Translations under genes and position numbers: made by a program
Shown here: one piece after another, positions 21,117-32,133 of the stretch
Numbering within the stretch: position 1 is the first letter of the stretch
Layout: each line of letters opens with the position of its first letter
Assembly: GCA_035576605.1 (NCBI GenBank)
Contig: DATLWF010000598.1
Coordinates: 1 to 57,044 of the forward strand
DNA length: 57,044 nt
Reading direction: 5' to 3'
Origin: Blastocatellia bacterium
GTDB lineage: Bacteria; Acidobacteriota; Blastocatellia; UBA7656
The notes under the pieces: generated by a model
What the model was told of the DNA's origin: nothing
The model's database searches: none
What the model saw: only the letters and a program-made list of their open reading frames with translations

Positions 21117-23483
21117 ATGCGATTTCTGATTGCGATAACCTTGGTAGCGACCAGTTGTGTTGCCACTGCCTGGGCGGACACCAGGGGCGTAATCGGCGGC
21201 CGGGTTACCGATCCTCAGAATGCCGCGGTCTCGCAAGCATCCGTCGCGCTCACGAACAAGATCGACGGACGAAGGCTGGAGACGACGACCGATGACGAAG
21301 GGTCGTTTGAATTCCGATTCGTAAACGTGGGCGAGTACACAATCACCGTCGCAAGCACGGGCTTCTCCGTCGTGTCAGTTCGCACAGTGGTGACATCCGG
21401 GCAGCGTGTGGAAATAAACTTTACGCTCAAGGAGATTCGCGTCGCCGGAGAGGAAGTCAACGTCACGTCGACCCAGGAAGTCCTCGACCCTCGCGGCTCA
21501 TCTATTACCACCGGGTTTTCAATGACCGATGTCTCGCACCTTGCTGGAGCAAGCGAGTCAACGGCGGGGCTTGAGGCTCACACCGGTACTGCCTGGCGTT
21601 CGCAGGAACACCTGCACATCAGAGGCGCACACCAGATCGGTTATCAAATCAACGGCATCAACATTCCGGACCTTTCTATTTTCGGGGCAATCACGCCGTT
21701 CATCGATCCCCGCAATATCAAGTTCACCGAAGTGACGACCGGCGGACTCGCCGCCGAGTACGGCAACCGCACCGCGGGTATCGTGAATACGCTGGTCAGG
21801 TCGGGCTTCGATCATGGTTACGGCCGCGGCGAAATCGAGCTGTCGGGTGGAAACCTTTCGCGAGGTTCAATCTTCGCCAACTTCGGCAGTCACCGAAGCG
21901 AGAAGTTCGCTTACTACGTTCAAGGCACCGCGCTCACGAGCGGGCGCGGGTTCAACCCTCCGCCCGACTCGATCACCCCGCTCGATCTGAACAAAAATGG
22001 AAGGGCAGACGTACTCGATGAGCCCGGCTCTCAGAGCCGGCACAACTACCGGCGCACGTTTCAGGGGTTCACGAACCTCGAGTGGCGGCCGACCTCGCAG
22101 GATGCGTTCAACTTTGTCATGGGAGCTTTTCGCTCGGACTTTCAGGTGCCGAACACTTTGGAGCAGCAGTCTTTCGGAAGGGATTACATACAACTCGAAC
22201 GCGACCAGTTTCAGAACCTTCAATGGACTCGAGTCATGTCCTCTGCGAGGCTGTTGACGATCGGCCTATATCATCACTTCACAAAGCTTGAGACGGACGG
22301 CCGCGCGGATGATCCATCCAACCCGCTGGCCTCAGATAACCGCCGGGCAAATTACTACGGGGGCAAGGCTGATTTCATCGAGCGCACATCCCGCCATCTG
22401 ATGAAGCTGGGCGTTGAAATTTATGACAGTCGCCTGAATGATGACTTTGGCCTGCTGCCCAATCCAGCAAACCCACAACGCCTCGCTGCGCCCGTGGCGA
22501 GCCGCGTACCGTCGCGCGCCATCGAAGAATCGGTCTACGCCCAGGACCAGTTCGATGCGACGGATCGGCTGACGCTCAGTTGCGGCGTTCGAGCTGACTT
22601 CTTTCAAGCGCGCTACGATCTGCGGACACGGCCTCATATCAACGAGGAATATGCATTCGTTAGTCCGCGGATAGGATTTGCGTATCGGCTCGGCAAGCGC
22701 GACGCGGTATTGTTCGGCAACTTCGCTTATCTTTTCTTGCCGCCTCCGATTGAGTTCTTCGAGCTGCCAAATAATTCAGGCGCAATCGACGGATTTTCAT
22801 TCACTCCCGTGAAGCCTGAGAAGGACGTTCAGTATGATATCGGTTTGAAGTTTGCCGTCCGTCGCTTTCGCGTGCGAGTCAATCAGTGGTTCAAACGACA
22901 GAACGGATTCCTCGATCACTTGCAGCTCGCGTCCTTGAGCGGCACGGGAGAGTTGATCAACCCGAACATCTTTTTGCCTGTGAATCTCGACCGCGCTCGG
23001 ACATATGGCTTAGAGTCGTTCGTCGAGGCTCCAGCTTATCGCGGGCTCCGGATCTACGTGAACTACTCATTGAACTACGCCCAGGCCGTCGGCGGTGTGA
23101 TCAATGGCTTCAACGATGGGAGCCCGCCGGAGAGAAGTTACTTCTTCCTTGATCACGATCAGCGACATCAAGTCTACGTGGGAGCAGATTACCAGTGGGA
23201 AAAACTCCATGCGTTCGCAAACGCGAGCTACGCTTTCGGCAGCGGTTTCCCTGACGCGTCAGATTCTCTATTCGGACAGTGTGTCACCAGGAATTGCCGG
23301 CTGCCCGCCCACTCGGTCGTAAACCTCGCCTTTGGAAAAGTATTTGCCAATCGCGTTGAGGGGAAGATCGAGATCGAGGACATCACGAACAGCGTTTATC
23401 CGATAAACCTGGGAAGCGAGTTCAACGGCTCGCACTTTTCGGCGCCTCGGTTGGCGATGTTACGTCTGGCCTATCGTTTCTAG
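21117..23483 (+). CDS. TonB-dependent receptor with carboxypeptidase-regulatory-like domain
   Basis: This is track ORF 21096..23483, with start taken at ATG 21117 (MRFLIAITLVATSCVATAWA). It has GVIGGRVTDPQNAAVSQASVALTNKIDG...YTITVASTGF, a plug and a barrel ending ...LAYRF. Confidence 0.9.
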   Translation: MRFLIAITLVATSCVATAWADTRGVIGGRVTDPQNAAVSQASVALTNKIDGRRLETTTDDEGSFEFRFVNVGEYTITVASTGFSVVSVRTVVTSGQRVEINFTLKEIRVAGEEVNVTSTQEVLDPRGSSITTGFSMTDVSHLAGASESTAGLEAHTGTAWRSQEHLHIRGAHQIGYQINGINIPDLSIFGAITPFIDPRNIKFTEVTTGGLAAEYGNRTAGIVNTLVRSGFDHGYGRGEIELSGGNLSRGSIFANFGSHRSEKFAYYVQGTALTSGRGFNPPPDSITPLDLNKNGRADVLDEPGSQSRHNYRRTFQGFTNLEWRPTSQDAFNFVMGAFRSDFQVPNTLEQQSFGRDYIQLERDQFQNLQWTRVMSSARLLTIGLYHHFTKLETDGRADDPSNPLASDNRRANYYGGKADFIERTSRHLMKLGVEIYDSRLNDDFGLLPNPANPQRLAAPVASRVPSRAIEESVYAQDQFDATDRLTLSCGVRADFFQARYDLRTRPHINEEYAFVSPRIGFAYRLGKRDAVLFGNFAYLFLPPPIEFFELPNNSGAIDGFSFTPVKPEKDVQYDIGLKFAVRRFRVRVNQWFKRQNGFLDHLQLASLSGTGELINPNIFLPVNLDRARTYGLESFVEAPAYRGLRIYVNYSLNYAQAVGGVINGFNDGSPPERSYFFLDHDQRHQVYVGADYQWEKLHAFANASYAFGSGFPDASDSLFGQCVTRNCRLPAHSVVNLAFGKVFANRVEGKIEIEDITNSVYPINLGSEFNGSHFSAPRLAMLRLAYRF

Positions 23484-23554
23484 GAATGCGAATCCGTCGC
23501 CCGCGTTAATTCCAGATTCATTTTGTGCGTGCTAGACTGGGCCGGGACTCAGTC

Positions 23555-24244
23555 ATGCGAATACTGCTTGTCGAGGACGAACCCAGAGTCGCGCGCTTCA
23601 TAGCGAAGGGTTTGCGCGAGCAGAGCTACGCGGTTGATATCGCCGGTGATGGCGACGCAGCGTTATACAAGGCCGAAATCGATGACTACGACCTGATCGT
23701 TCTGGACGTAATGATTCCCTCGCGCGATGGGTTTGACGTCTGCCGCGAGCTGCGCCGCCAGGCCGTAACCACTCCCGTCCTCATGCTCACCGCGCGGGAC
23801 GCGGTGAACGACCGTGTTGCAGGGCTGGATGCGGGCGCCGACGACTACCTGAGCAAACCCTTCGACTTCAAAGAGCTGCTCGCAAGACTGCGCGCGCTGC
23901 TCCGTCGGAGAGAAGCTCTCAGGACAGAATCCCTTCGGGTCGATGACCTGACAATCAACACAACGAACCACACTGTCGAGCGTTCCGGAAGAAATATCAG
24001 TCTGACGGCAAAGGAGTACTCGCTGCTCGAGTTCTTTGCGTTGAACGCAGGCAAGCTGGTGGGACGCGACGAGATCGGCCGACACGTGTGGGATGAGAAC
24101 TTCGATCCGTTCTCGAATGTCATCGATGTCTATGTTCGGCGGTTGCGCAAGAAGATCGACGAGGGTTCTAGTCGGCCGTTGATCCACACACGCCGCCGCG
24201 AAGGCTATGTTTTCTCCGGCGAGGCTAAAGGCGGTAATGTTTAA
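23555..24244 (+). CDS. OmpR-family response regulator (CusR/CopR-like)
   Basis: It has a receiver domain (MRILLVEDEPRVARFI...DLIVLDVMIPSRDGFDVC...PVLMLTARD) and a winged-helix output domain (…LTAKEYSLLEFF…IHTRRREGYVF). Confidence 0.93.
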   Translation: MRILLVEDEPRVARFIAKGLREQSYAVDIAGDGDAALYKAEIDDYDLIVLDVMIPSRDGFDVCRELRRQAVTTPVLMLTARDAVNDRVAGLDAGADDYLSKPFDFKELLARLRALLRRREALRTESLRVDDLTINTTNHTVERSGRNISLTAKEYSLLEFFALNAGKLVGRDEIGRHVWDENFDPFSNVIDVYVRRLRKKIDEGSSRPLIHTRRREGYVFSGEAKGGNV

Positions 24245-25643
24245 CAGCGTACACGTTCGGATGACATTGTGGTACGTGCTCGTCTTCGGGTTGCTGCTGG
24301 CCTGCTTTAGCGTTTTCGTCTACGCCGCAATCTCGCGAGCGACATATTCGCGGCTTGATCAATCTCTCACCAACAGCACTGAGACCACAGCGAATTTGCT
24401 TAGATCGGAGATGGACGAGAATGAAGGCGATGTTACTGCGGCTGCGGCCGAGACCCAAAAACTGCTGAGCCTCGGTGACGCGCATATGGCGTTGTTTCAA
24501 GGCGGGCACGCGCTGACAGCGAATGACTCGAGCGGCTGGGTGATAAACGTTCCCGAGTCGGCCTTTCGGGCCGCCGAGGCAGACAGCGGACCGTCGCTGT
24601 CCACGGTTGGTGGTTTTGACGAGGAGGGAGCGCGGCTGGCGGTTCTGCGGTTGGGCACGGGCGAGGCGGAGTACTTTCTTGCTCTGGCGCAACCGCTGCA
24701 TAACACCGTAGAAGAACTCGAAGCGCTGGGACGCATCTTCTACCTGGCGATTCCAGGCGCACTGCTGGTTGCCGGTGTGGGAGGTCTGCTCCTCGCTCGG
24801 AAGAGCCTGGCTCCGGTCGCCGCGATGACCGAGCAGGCTGCATCGATCAGCGCTCGGAATCTTCACGAGCGGCTGGAGGTGACCAACTCTCGGGATGAAC
24901 TGGGCCGGCTGGCCACGGTGCTCAACAATCTGCTCTCGAGGCTCGACCGCTCGTTCGAGAGCCTGCGCCAGTTCACTGCCGACGCTTCCCACGAGATGCG
25001 CACTCCACTTTCGATCATAAGAGGAGAGGCCGAAGTAGCACTTTCTCAGAACCGTGATGAAGCGGAATATCGGGAGTCCCTTGCGATAGTGCAGGACGAG
25101 GCGCGGCGGCTCTCCCGCATGGTTGACGATATGCTCGCCCTTGCGCGCGCGGATGACGGACAACAAAGACTGAACGTCGAAGAGTTCTACCTCAATGATC
25201 TTGTGGAAGAGTGCGCAAGGTCGTCGCAAGTCCTCGCTCTCGCCAAAGGAATATCTTTGACGGTCGACCCTGCAACTGACATCACTTTTCGAGGCGACGA
25301 ATCTCTGCTCAGGAGAATGATCGTAAACCTGCTCGACAACGCCATAAAATACACTCCCTCTGGCGGTCAGGTTTCGGTCAGGGTCTCAAGCAAAGACGCC
25401 GGCGTAGAGATTACTGTGGCGGATACCGGGATTGGCATACCCGCCGAGGCCACGACACGCATCTTTGAGAGGTTTTACAGAGCCGACCGAGCTCGCTCCC
25501 GATCAGATGGTGGAAGCGGATTGGGACTCTCGATAGCCAAATGGGTGGCGGAAACTCACAATGGTTCCATTGAGCTTGATAGCAGACCGGGCGGGGGCAG
25601 CACGTTTACTGTTTCGCTTCCTCAAAGCAAGCCCACTGCTTGA
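24237..25643 (+). CDS. sensor histidine kinase (two TM helices, HAMP, HisKA, HATPase; CusS-like)
   Basis: ATG 24237 overlaps the regulator stop by 8 nt. It has an H-box FTADASHEMRTPLSII, an N-box LLDNAIKYTP and G-boxes DTGIGIP / GGSGLGLSIAK. Confidence 0.92.
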   Translation: MFNSVHVRMTLWYVLVFGLLLACFSVFVYAAISRATYSRLDQSLTNSTETTANLLRSEMDENEGDVTAAAAETQKLLSLGDAHMALFQGGHALTANDSSGWVINVPESAFRAAEADSGPSLSTVGGFDEEGARLAVLRLGTGEAEYFLALAQPLHNTVEELEALGRIFYLAIPGALLVAGVGGLLLARKSLAPVAAMTEQAASISARNLHERLEVTNSRDELGRLATVLNNLLSRLDRSFESLRQFTADASHEMRTPLSIIRGEAEVALSQNRDEAEYRESLAIVQDEARRLSRMVDDMLALARADDGQQRLNVEEFYLNDLVEECARSSQVLALAKGISLTVDPATDITFRGDESLLRRMIVNLLDNAIKYTPSGGQVSVRVSSKDAGVEITVADTGIGIPAEATTRIFERFYRADRARSRSDGGSGLGLSIAKWVAETHNGSIELDSRPGGGSTFTVSLPQSKPTA

Positions 25644-25746
25644 TGCCGCTGCTGCGGTTGATGAGCTATGAAGGACTAGAACGCTTAATCGTGGGTTCAT
25701 CTTCAATCGATAGAATGTGCTGGTAGCGCAAGTCGGACGGCGACGT

Positions 25747-25816
25747 CCGACAAACTTCAGTTTGTCGTTTCGCCGATGGTGGATTCGAACATACGCGACA
25801 AACTGAAGTCTGTCGG
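25747..25816. repeat. REPIN-like doublet (copy B of the element at 9249-9320)
   Basis: CCGACAAACTTCAGTTTGTCG (25747-25767) and CGACAAACTGAAGTCTGTCGG (25796-25816) are inverted. Both copies share the flanks GACG(C/T)CCGAC... and ...GTCGGACATTT, and both end 20-21 nt before the next ATG. Confidence 0.7.
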
Positions 25817-25837
25817 ACATTTCTTAGGAAAACATTT

Positions 25838-26368
25838 ATGACCACCCACAACACACGAGTTCTACCTGCGGTTCTGTTAGCAACGTCCCTACTACTTTTC
25901 GGAAGTGCTCTCGCAAGCGAAAAGAAGGTGAAGATGAAGGACCTTCCTGAGGCCGTCCGGAAGACCGTCCAGGAACAAAGCAAAGGTGCGACCATCCGCG
26001 GTCTTGCTAAAGAGGTCGAAGACGGAAAGACGTTCTATGAGGCCGAGCTAACGGTCAATGGTCACAACAAGGACGTGCTCATTGACCCTACAGGGGCTGT
26101 CGTGGAAATCGAAGAACAGGTCGCCCTGTCCTCGCTTCCGGCGGAGGTCAAAGCAACCATCCAGAAGGCTGCCGGCAAGGGAAAGATCACCGCCGTTGAA
26201 TCCGTCACGAAGAACAATACTCTCGAAGCCTACGAGGCACACGTGAGCACGGCGGGTAAGAAATCTGAAATCAAGGTGGCTCCCAATGGGACATTGATTG
26301 CCGCCGAAAAGGAGCAGGGTGAGAAGGGAGAGGGCAAGAAGGCTCCAAAGAAAGCGAAGAAGCCTTAG
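25838..26368 (+). CDS. secreted PepSY-like (beta-lactamase-inhibitor-like) two-domain protein with Lys-rich tail
   Basis: It has a signal peptide and two repeats of LP.AV..T..... G..I......E.. GK..YEA (DLPEAVRKTVQEQSKGATIRGLAKEVEDGKTFYEAEL / LPAEVKATIQKAAGKGKITAVESVTKNNTLEAYEAHV). Confidence 0.75.
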   Translation: MTTHNTRVLPAVLLATSLLLFGSALASEKKVKMKDLPEAVRKTVQEQSKGATIRGLAKEVEDGKTFYEAELTVNGHNKDVLIDPTGAVVEIEEQVALSSLPAEVKATIQKAAGKGKITAVESVTKNNTLEAYEAHVSTAGKKSEIKVAPNGTLIAAEKEQGEKGEGKKAPKKAKKP

Positions 26369-26429
26369 TTCATCTGCGCTGCATTTCGCCTTTGAATCCG
26401 GGTTACAAAACCCGCTATAAAACTACCGA

Positions 26430-29030
26430 ATGCTGCTTTCTGCCAGAAAGAAATTCTTCGACCGGTGGATGTTGAGCTGTCTCGCGGTGATGTTGGTTGC
26501 GGCGAGCGAGGTCCCTGGCCAGAGTCCGGCACGTTCGTTCGAGGTTTCGGGCGTTGTGCTCGATCCCAGCGGCGCGGTGATCGCCGACGCCAAAGTAACT
26601 CTGCGGCGAGATGGTGGCCGCTCGGGTGAAACAAAGACCGCCAATCAGAGAGGCGAGTTCCGTTTCACCCGGATAGCGAGTGGCGACTATGAGATCGAGG
26701 TGCGGAAAGATGGCTTCAAGCCAGCCGTAACTCGCCTTACGGTTGGGGCAAAATCGCCCTCTCCGTTTGAAATCGTGCTGCCCATTGTCGACGTGCGCGA
26801 AGAGATTGCTGTAGCTGACCGGCCGGATCAAACAAACACCGACCCCGACGAGAACCTCAATGTCATCAAGTTGAATCATGAGACTTTGAGCAACCTCCCG
26901 GTTTTAGGCAACGATGTTATCGGCAGCGTGGCGAACTTGCTGGACGCCGGATCGATCGGATCGGATGGTCCGACTATCATCGTTGACGGATTGGAAACGT
27001 CCAGAACGAAAGTGCCGGCTTCGACGATTCAGGAAGTGCGGATCAATCAGAATCCCTACTCCGCTGAGTTCGCCCGGCTGGGCCGCGCGCGAATCGAGGT
27101 GTTTACCAAACCCGGTTCGTCGCAGTATCACGGCGAATTCAACTTTCTCTTTCGCGATCACCGGCTTGACGCCCGCAACGCCTTCGCGCTCGAACGCCCA
27201 CCGGAGCAGCGGCGCTTTTATGAAGGCAACGTGAGCGGCCCACTCGGCAACGGCAAAACGACCTCTTTTCTCTTGAGCGTTAATCGGGAAGAAGCGGATC
27301 TACAATCAGTAGTCTTCGCCAGCACCCCGGCTGGACTGGTGTCTGAAAATGTTTCCAATCCCAACCGAGATACGGAGATTTCATTTCGGATCAATCATCA
27401 GGTTGATAAGAAAACGACTTTCTCAATTCGCTATGAGTCGCAATTTGACTCGACCGGGAATGGCGGCGTCGGTGGGTTTAATCTCCCGGAGGTGGCCACC
27501 AATTCGAATGGCCACGAAGTTCACCTCTTCGTCACGCTTCGCAGGATACTGTCGCCGAGTCTGGTCAGTGAATTCACTATGCGCACCGGCAACGAAGGGT
27601 CCTTGACGAGGAGCGTGAGGCCGGGCATCCCCAGGATTGTGGTGTTGGACGCCTTTACCGGAGGCAGCAGTCAGGCGGATCGACGCACAACGGAAAACCA
27701 TGTGCAGCTTAATGAAATTCTCTCCTGGAATCACGGGAAGCATTTTGTCAGAGGCGGATTGAACATCCCCGACATCAGCCGTCGCGGATTCAGTGACCGG
27801 ACCAATTTTGGCGGAACCTTTTCCTTCTCCACTCTGACGGACTATTTGAACAACCGTCCGTTTTTGTTTTCCATAACCCAGGGCGACGGTCACCTGGCGT
27901 TTTTGCAAAAAGACTTCGGCTTGTTTGTGCAGGACAATATTCTCGTGCGGGCGAATCTCTCCATCGGCGTGGGCTTGCGCTACGACAGGCAGAGTTTTCT
28001 GGGTGACAACAACAACTTCGCTCCGCGCTTCTCGTTCGCCTATTCTCCGGATAAGAAGCGCAAAACCGTTATACGCGGTGGCGGAGGGGTTTTTTATGAC
28101 CGAACCGGCATCGGGCCAATCGCCGATCGATTGCGCTTTGATGGGCAGAGATTGCGCGAAGTGTCCATTTCCAATTCAGGTTATCCTGATCCGCTTTCGT
28201 CGGGTGGGACGCTGGCAACTCAGCCCAGCAACATTGTCCGTTTCGCACCTGATATTCGCGAACCCTACATTATTCAGTCCGGAGTGGGCATCGAGCGACA
28301 ACTCAATAAATCGCTGACCGCAACTGCCAACTACATCAATACACGCGGCATCAAGCTGTATCGCTCGCGCGATATCAATGCTCCGCTGACGCCTTTTCTT
28401 CAGCGCCCGGATCCTGGTATCGGGATACTGCGTCAAGTGGAGTCGACGGCTCATTCCCAGGCGCACGCGCTGGAGTTGATGTTACGTGGTAAGATCAGCC
28501 GCTTCTTTAACGGGACAATCCAATACACGCTGGGACGAGCCTACAACAACACCGGCGGGATTAATTCGCGCCCGGCCAACAACTATGATCTGACAGGAGA
28601 GTGGTCGCGGGCCGACTTTGACGAACGGCATCGCTTCAACTTGCTGGGCACCATCAAAGCCGGCGAATGGTTCAATTTGGGGATGACGCTGGCGCTTACT
28701 TCCGGCCGGCCCTACAGTCTAACGACCGGGCGCGATGATAATCACGACAACCTGGCCAACGATCGGCCCCCGGGTGTGCCTCGCAATAGCCTGCAGGGCC
28801 CGGGCGCGGCTACGCTCGATGTGCGGTGGGCCAAAGAGTTCCGCTTGAAAGAGACTAAGAAGAAAGACGACGAAGGCCCGTCGATTACAATCGGCGTTGC
28901 TGCTTTCAACGTGCTGAATCGGACAAATTTTGTGGGCTTTGTGGGCAATCTCAGCTCGCCGTTTTTCGGTCTGCCGGTGGCGTCACGACCGGCTCGGCGC
29001 ACGCAGCTCACATTGGGCTTCAAGTTTTAG
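26430..29030 (+). CDS. TonB-dependent-receptor-like outer-membrane beta-barrel with carboxypeptidase-regulatory-like domain
   Basis: The 866-aa ORF has a signal peptide, then [27 protein letters not shown]...[12 protein letters not shown], a plug-like region ([32 protein letters not shown]) and a barrel ending ...LTLGFKF. Confidence 0.88.
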   Translation: MLLSARKKFFDRWMLSCLAVMLVAASEVPGQSPARSFEVSGVVLDPSGAVIADAKVTLRRDGGRSGETKTANQRGEFRFTRIASGDYEIEVRKDGFKPAVTRLTVGAKSPSPFEIVLPIVDVREEIAVADRPDQTNTDPDENLNVIKLNHETLSNLPVLGNDVIGSVANLLDAGSIGSDGPTIIVDGLETSRTKVPASTIQEVRINQNPYSAEFARLGRARIEVFTKPGSSQYHGEFNFLFRDHRLDARNAFALERPPEQRRFYEGNVSGPLGNGKTTSFLLSVNREEADLQSVVFASTPAGLVSENVSNPNRDTEISFRINHQVDKKTTFSIRYESQFDSTGNGGVGGFNLPEVATNSNGHEVHLFVTLRRILSPSLVSEFTMRTGNEGSLTRSVRPGIPRIVVLDAFTGGSSQADRRTTENHVQLNEILSWNHGKHFVRGGLNIPDISRRGFSDRTNFGGTFSFSTLTDYLNNRPFLFSITQGDGHLAFLQKDFGLFVQDNILVRANLSIGVGLRYDRQSFLGDNNNFAPRFSFAYSPDKKRKTVIRGGGGVFYDRTGIGPIADRLRFDGQRLREVSISNSGYPDPLSSGGTLATQPSNIVRFAPDIREPYIIQSGVGIERQLNKSLTATANYINTRGIKLYRSRDINAPLTPFLQRPDPGIGILRQVESTAHSQAHALELMLRGKISRFFNGTIQYTLGRAYNNTGGINSRPANNYDLTGEWSRADFDERHRFNLLGTIKAGEWFNLGMTLALTSGRPYSLTTGRDDNHDNLANDRPPGVPRNSLQGPGAATLDVRWAKEFRLKETKKKDDEGPSITIGVAAFNVLNRTNFVGFVGNLSSPFFGLPVASRPARRTQLTLGFKF

Positions 29031-29179
29031 GCAGCGAGACTAAACGACGAGCGGTACAGCGTGAATTGTGGTTGAAGGTAGAGATGCTTGGTGTATGCGC
29101 AGGAACTTGACGCCCCAGGTTCTGGACAGCACTTCCTCTGTAAAGTAAAGTAGAAAGAAGTTGGGCGCTAACATCCTCT

Positions 29180-30706
29180 ATGTCAAACGCGATCTCCGGT
29201 GGGAGGCTCAATCCAAGCCCAATGACAAAGCTGATGGATCTATCGATTGACCGCAGCTTTCATTCTCGTTACTTATTGCGGTTCTTTTTAGCGGCGATAG
29301 TGCTCGTAGCGGTCTGGTCCGTCGGCCGCGGCCAGGCGCCTCTCGAACCAGCGGTGAAGCACAACGAGCCGGCTCAAACACCACAACAGAACCCTTCTAC
29401 TCAAACCCAGCCACCCGCGAAACCTGAACTCAACTCTTCCGCTCAACAGCCTGCGCCTCCGATAAATCGGTTGACCCGGGATGAAGCGGTTCGCCTCGCG
29501 CTGGCGCAGGCATCCGCATTTCAAACTGCTCAATATGCCGAGTTGATAGCCGCCGAGGACGTTCGGCAGGCCCGAGCCGCGTTTCTCCCTCGCATTACGG
29601 TTCCGTCCACGTTCATATACAACTCACCTACTCTGGGTCCGGTTGCGGCCGGCACACCGCGCGCTGACAGGTTCAGCTTCATAAGCGCGAACGCGGTCAA
29701 CGAGTATCAAGTACTGGCTGGAGCATCGGGTGAGATAGACGTTGTCGGACGTCTGCGGGCAGCCTTGAGACGCAGCGTGGCGCTACTTGAAGCCGCCCGC
29801 GCAGGAACGGAGATCGCCCGCAGGACACTGATCCAGGGCATTGACGATGCTTACTACGGACTCGCCCTGGCGACGGCGAAACGCCGCGCGTCGGAGCTTA
29901 GTCTCGCAGCCACGGAAGAATTCGCGCGCATCACCGAACTGATGTATAACGCCGGCGAAGTTGCCGAGGTAGACTTGATTCGTGCCCGGCTGCAGGTGGC
30001 TTCGCGTCGTGATGAGGTCGAGCAGGCTCGCGTCGCCGAGTCGGTGGCCGCCGGCGCATTGCGAGTCCTGGTGGGCTACGATTTCGCCGCGCCAATAGAT
30101 GTGGTCGATCTTGCGACGGCATTGCCCGACGCCGCCGGAATAGACCGATTCGCCGCGGCTGCCATTTCTACGCGGCCCGAGTTTGCACAGCTTGACGCGG
30201 AGCTGCGCGCCGCCGAGCAGGAAGCGAAAGCCGCTCGCGCTGAACGTCTCCCGCAGGTCTCCTACTCCATCAACGGCGGATTCGATTCTGAATCGCTGCG
30301 GCCTGACCCGCTCCGCGATCACACCGGAGTGCTGGCAACGGTGAGCGTGACCATTCCGATCTTCGATTGGGGCGCGAGTCGTAGCCGCGAACAGCAGGCA
30401 AGGCTGCGCGCGAAGAGTTTCCAGTCTGAACGCAATCTCGCGGTTCGAAACTTCACTCAGCAATTCTACGCCGCTCGAGCGCAAGCGCTTGCGGCCGCGT
30501 CGCGGTATCAGTTCCTGAGCCAGAGCGTCGGAAACGCGGAGCGAAACTTACAAGCGTCCATCGCGCGTTACCGCTCGGGCGAGGCTCCCATAATAGAAGT
30601 GACCGATGCACAAAGCACGCTTGCCGCTCAGCGAGCCGCGCTTTATCAGGCCTTGTTTGATTATCAGCAAGCGCGTGCGCGCTTGCTTCAAGTCACCGGA
30701 CAGTAA
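29180..30706 (+). CDS. TolC-family outer-membrane efflux protein
   Basis: The 508-aa ORF has a Pro/Gln-rich linker followed by two OEP repeats (…LTRDEAVRLALAQASAF…, …ALYQALFDYQQARARLLQVTG). It is the first gene of a TolC-MFP-RND triad. The start (29180, 29222 or 29234) is uncertain. Confidence 0.88.
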   Translation: MSNAISGGRLNPSPMTKLMDLSIDRSFHSRYLLRFFLAAIVLVAVWSVGRGQAPLEPAVKHNEPAQTPQQNPSTQTQPPAKPELNSSAQQPAPPINRLTRDEAVRLALAQASAFQTAQYAELIAAEDVRQARAAFLPRITVPSTFIYNSPTLGPVAAGTPRADRFSFISANAVNEYQVLAGASGEIDVVGRLRAALRRSVALLEAARAGTEIARRTLIQGIDDAYYGLALATAKRRASELSLAATEEFARITELMYNAGEVAEVDLIRARLQVASRRDEVEQARVAESVAAGALRVLVGYDFAAPIDVVDLATALPDAAGIDRFAAAAISTRPEFAQLDAELRAAEQEAKAARAERLPQVSYSINGGFDSESLRPDPLRDHTGVLATVSVTIPIFDWGASRSREQQARLRAKSFQSERNLAVRNFTQQFYAARAQALAAASRYQFLSQSVGNAERNLQASIARYRSGEAPIIEVTDAQSTLAAQRAALYQALFDYQQARARLLQVTGQ

Positions 30707-30720
30707 CCGTTGCTAACAAA

Positions 30721-32133
30721 ATGCAAAGCAACAAAACAGAAACTGTGACCACCATTAAGGGCGAATCCCATCCGCCTCGTTCATGGAAAGAGCGAATTGT
30801 CCTCCTCAGGCAAAAACGGAACTGGCCGATCCTCGCCGTGCTGTTAGCTGTCCTGGTCGTGATCGTCGTATGGCTGTGGCCCTCGAAGAAACAGGCAGCG
30901 GAGGAGGAAGAAGCCGTCGTAGTCAGCGTTCGCGTTGCAAAAGCCGAACGCGATTCGATCGCCGCAGAAGTAACCGCTCTCGGCACAATCTTCCCTCGTC
31001 ACGAGGCGACGGTCAGCTCGAAGATCGCCGGCCAGCTGAAACAGATGGCGCTGCTCAAAAACAAAGCAGTGCGCGAAGGCGAGGTGATAGCGACCCTGGA
31101 GTCCCGCGATATCCAGGCTCAACGCGCGGAAGCGGCGGCAGCGGCGCAGGAAGCTCGGGTCAACCTCAATAACACAACTTCGGGGACTATTCCGCAGACT
31201 CGCGCGCAGGACGAAAAGGCCGTACGCGATGCACAGGCTAACGTCAACAACGCGCGGACGCTGTATGAGCGCCGGTTGAGACTCTACGAACAGGGCGGGA
31301 TTTCCAAGAAGGACGTTGAAGCTTCCCAGCTCGCACTGACCACCGCCGAAAACGATCTGCGCCTGGCTGAAGCCACCGCGCGATTGCACGCGACTACGAT
31401 CAGCCCTAATGACCGCGCTGTCGCCGAAGCTAAGCTCAAACAGGCCGAGGACCGGCTTGCCGGCCTGGAAACTCAGTTGAGCTACGCGACTATTCGCGCG
31501 CCGTTCTCCGGGGTTATCACCGACCAATTCCAGTTCCAGGGCGAGTTCGTTTCGGCGGGCGGCAAACTGTTCACAATTGGGGACGTCAGCGACGTGATTG
31601 TGAAGGCTCCCGTGGCCGATACGGTAGCCGCTCAGCTCAAGATCGGGGACTCGGCAAAGGTTCTTCCGCAGGACCTCGCCGGCGAGGAACTGGTCGGTAT
31701 CATTTCGCTGGTAAGCAGAGCGAGTGATCCTCAGAGTCGCACCGTCGAGGTGTGGATCAACCTCAAGAACGAAGGCGGTCGCCTGCGCTCCAATATGGCA
31801 GCGAAGGTTGTGGTCTCAACGCAAACTGCCAGCGATGTAATTGTCGTTCCCGTGGCGGCGGTGACACTCGATGCGACAAACGCGAATGAAGGCACCGTTA
31901 TGGTTGTCGACGATCAATCGATAGCTCACGAAACGAAGGTGACCGTTGGCATTCGAGCAAAAGACAAAACGGAAATAACGTCCGGACTCAAGGGTGGTGA
32001 GACGGTTGTCATTGAAGGCAACTACGCGTTGCCCGATGAAACCAGGGTTGAAGTTAGCGAGGACGAAGAGAACAAGAGCGATGCCAATGAAGAAAAGAAG
32101 GATACTCCCACAAAAAAGGGAGATCAGCGGTGA
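30721..32133 (+). CDS. efflux RND periplasmic adaptor subunit (HlyD/MFP family)
   Basis: The 470-aa ORF has a TM anchor, a lipoyl/hairpin/beta-barrel layout (…ATIRAPFSGVITDQFQFQGEFV…) and an acidic/Lys-rich tail. Its stop overlaps the pump start (GTGA). Confidence 0.9.
   Translation: MQSNKTETVTTIKGESHPPRSWKERIVLLRQKRNWPILAVLLAVLVVIVVWLWPSKKQAAEEEEAVVVSVRVAKAERDSIAAEVTALGTIFPRHEATVSSKIAGQLKQMALLKNKAVREGEVIATLESRDIQAQRAEAAAAAQEARVNLNNTTSGTIPQTRAQDEKAVRDAQANVNNARTLYERRLRLYEQGGISKKDVEASQLALTTAENDLRLAEATARLHATTISPNDRAVAEAKLKQAEDRLAGLETQLSYATIRAPFSGVITDQFQFQGEFVSAGGKLFTIGDVSDVIVKAPVADTVAAQLKIGDSAKVLPQDLAGEELVGIISLVSRASDPQSRTVEVWINLKNEGGRLRSNMAAKVVVSTQTASDVIVVPVAAVTLDATNANEGTVMVVDDQSIAHETKVTVGIRAKDKTEITSGLKGGETVVIEGNYALPDETRVEVSEDEENKSDANEEKKDTPTKKGDQR

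Noticed and set aside
25776-25792. TGGTGGATTCGAAC, which looks like the reverse complement of a tRNA T-loop / 3' end (GTTCGAATCCACCA).
   Set aside because: The flanking bases cannot form a T-stem, acceptor stem or anticodon arm. The sequence sits in the spacer of the REPIN-like doublet, and the other copy (9272-9299) has an unrelated spacer.
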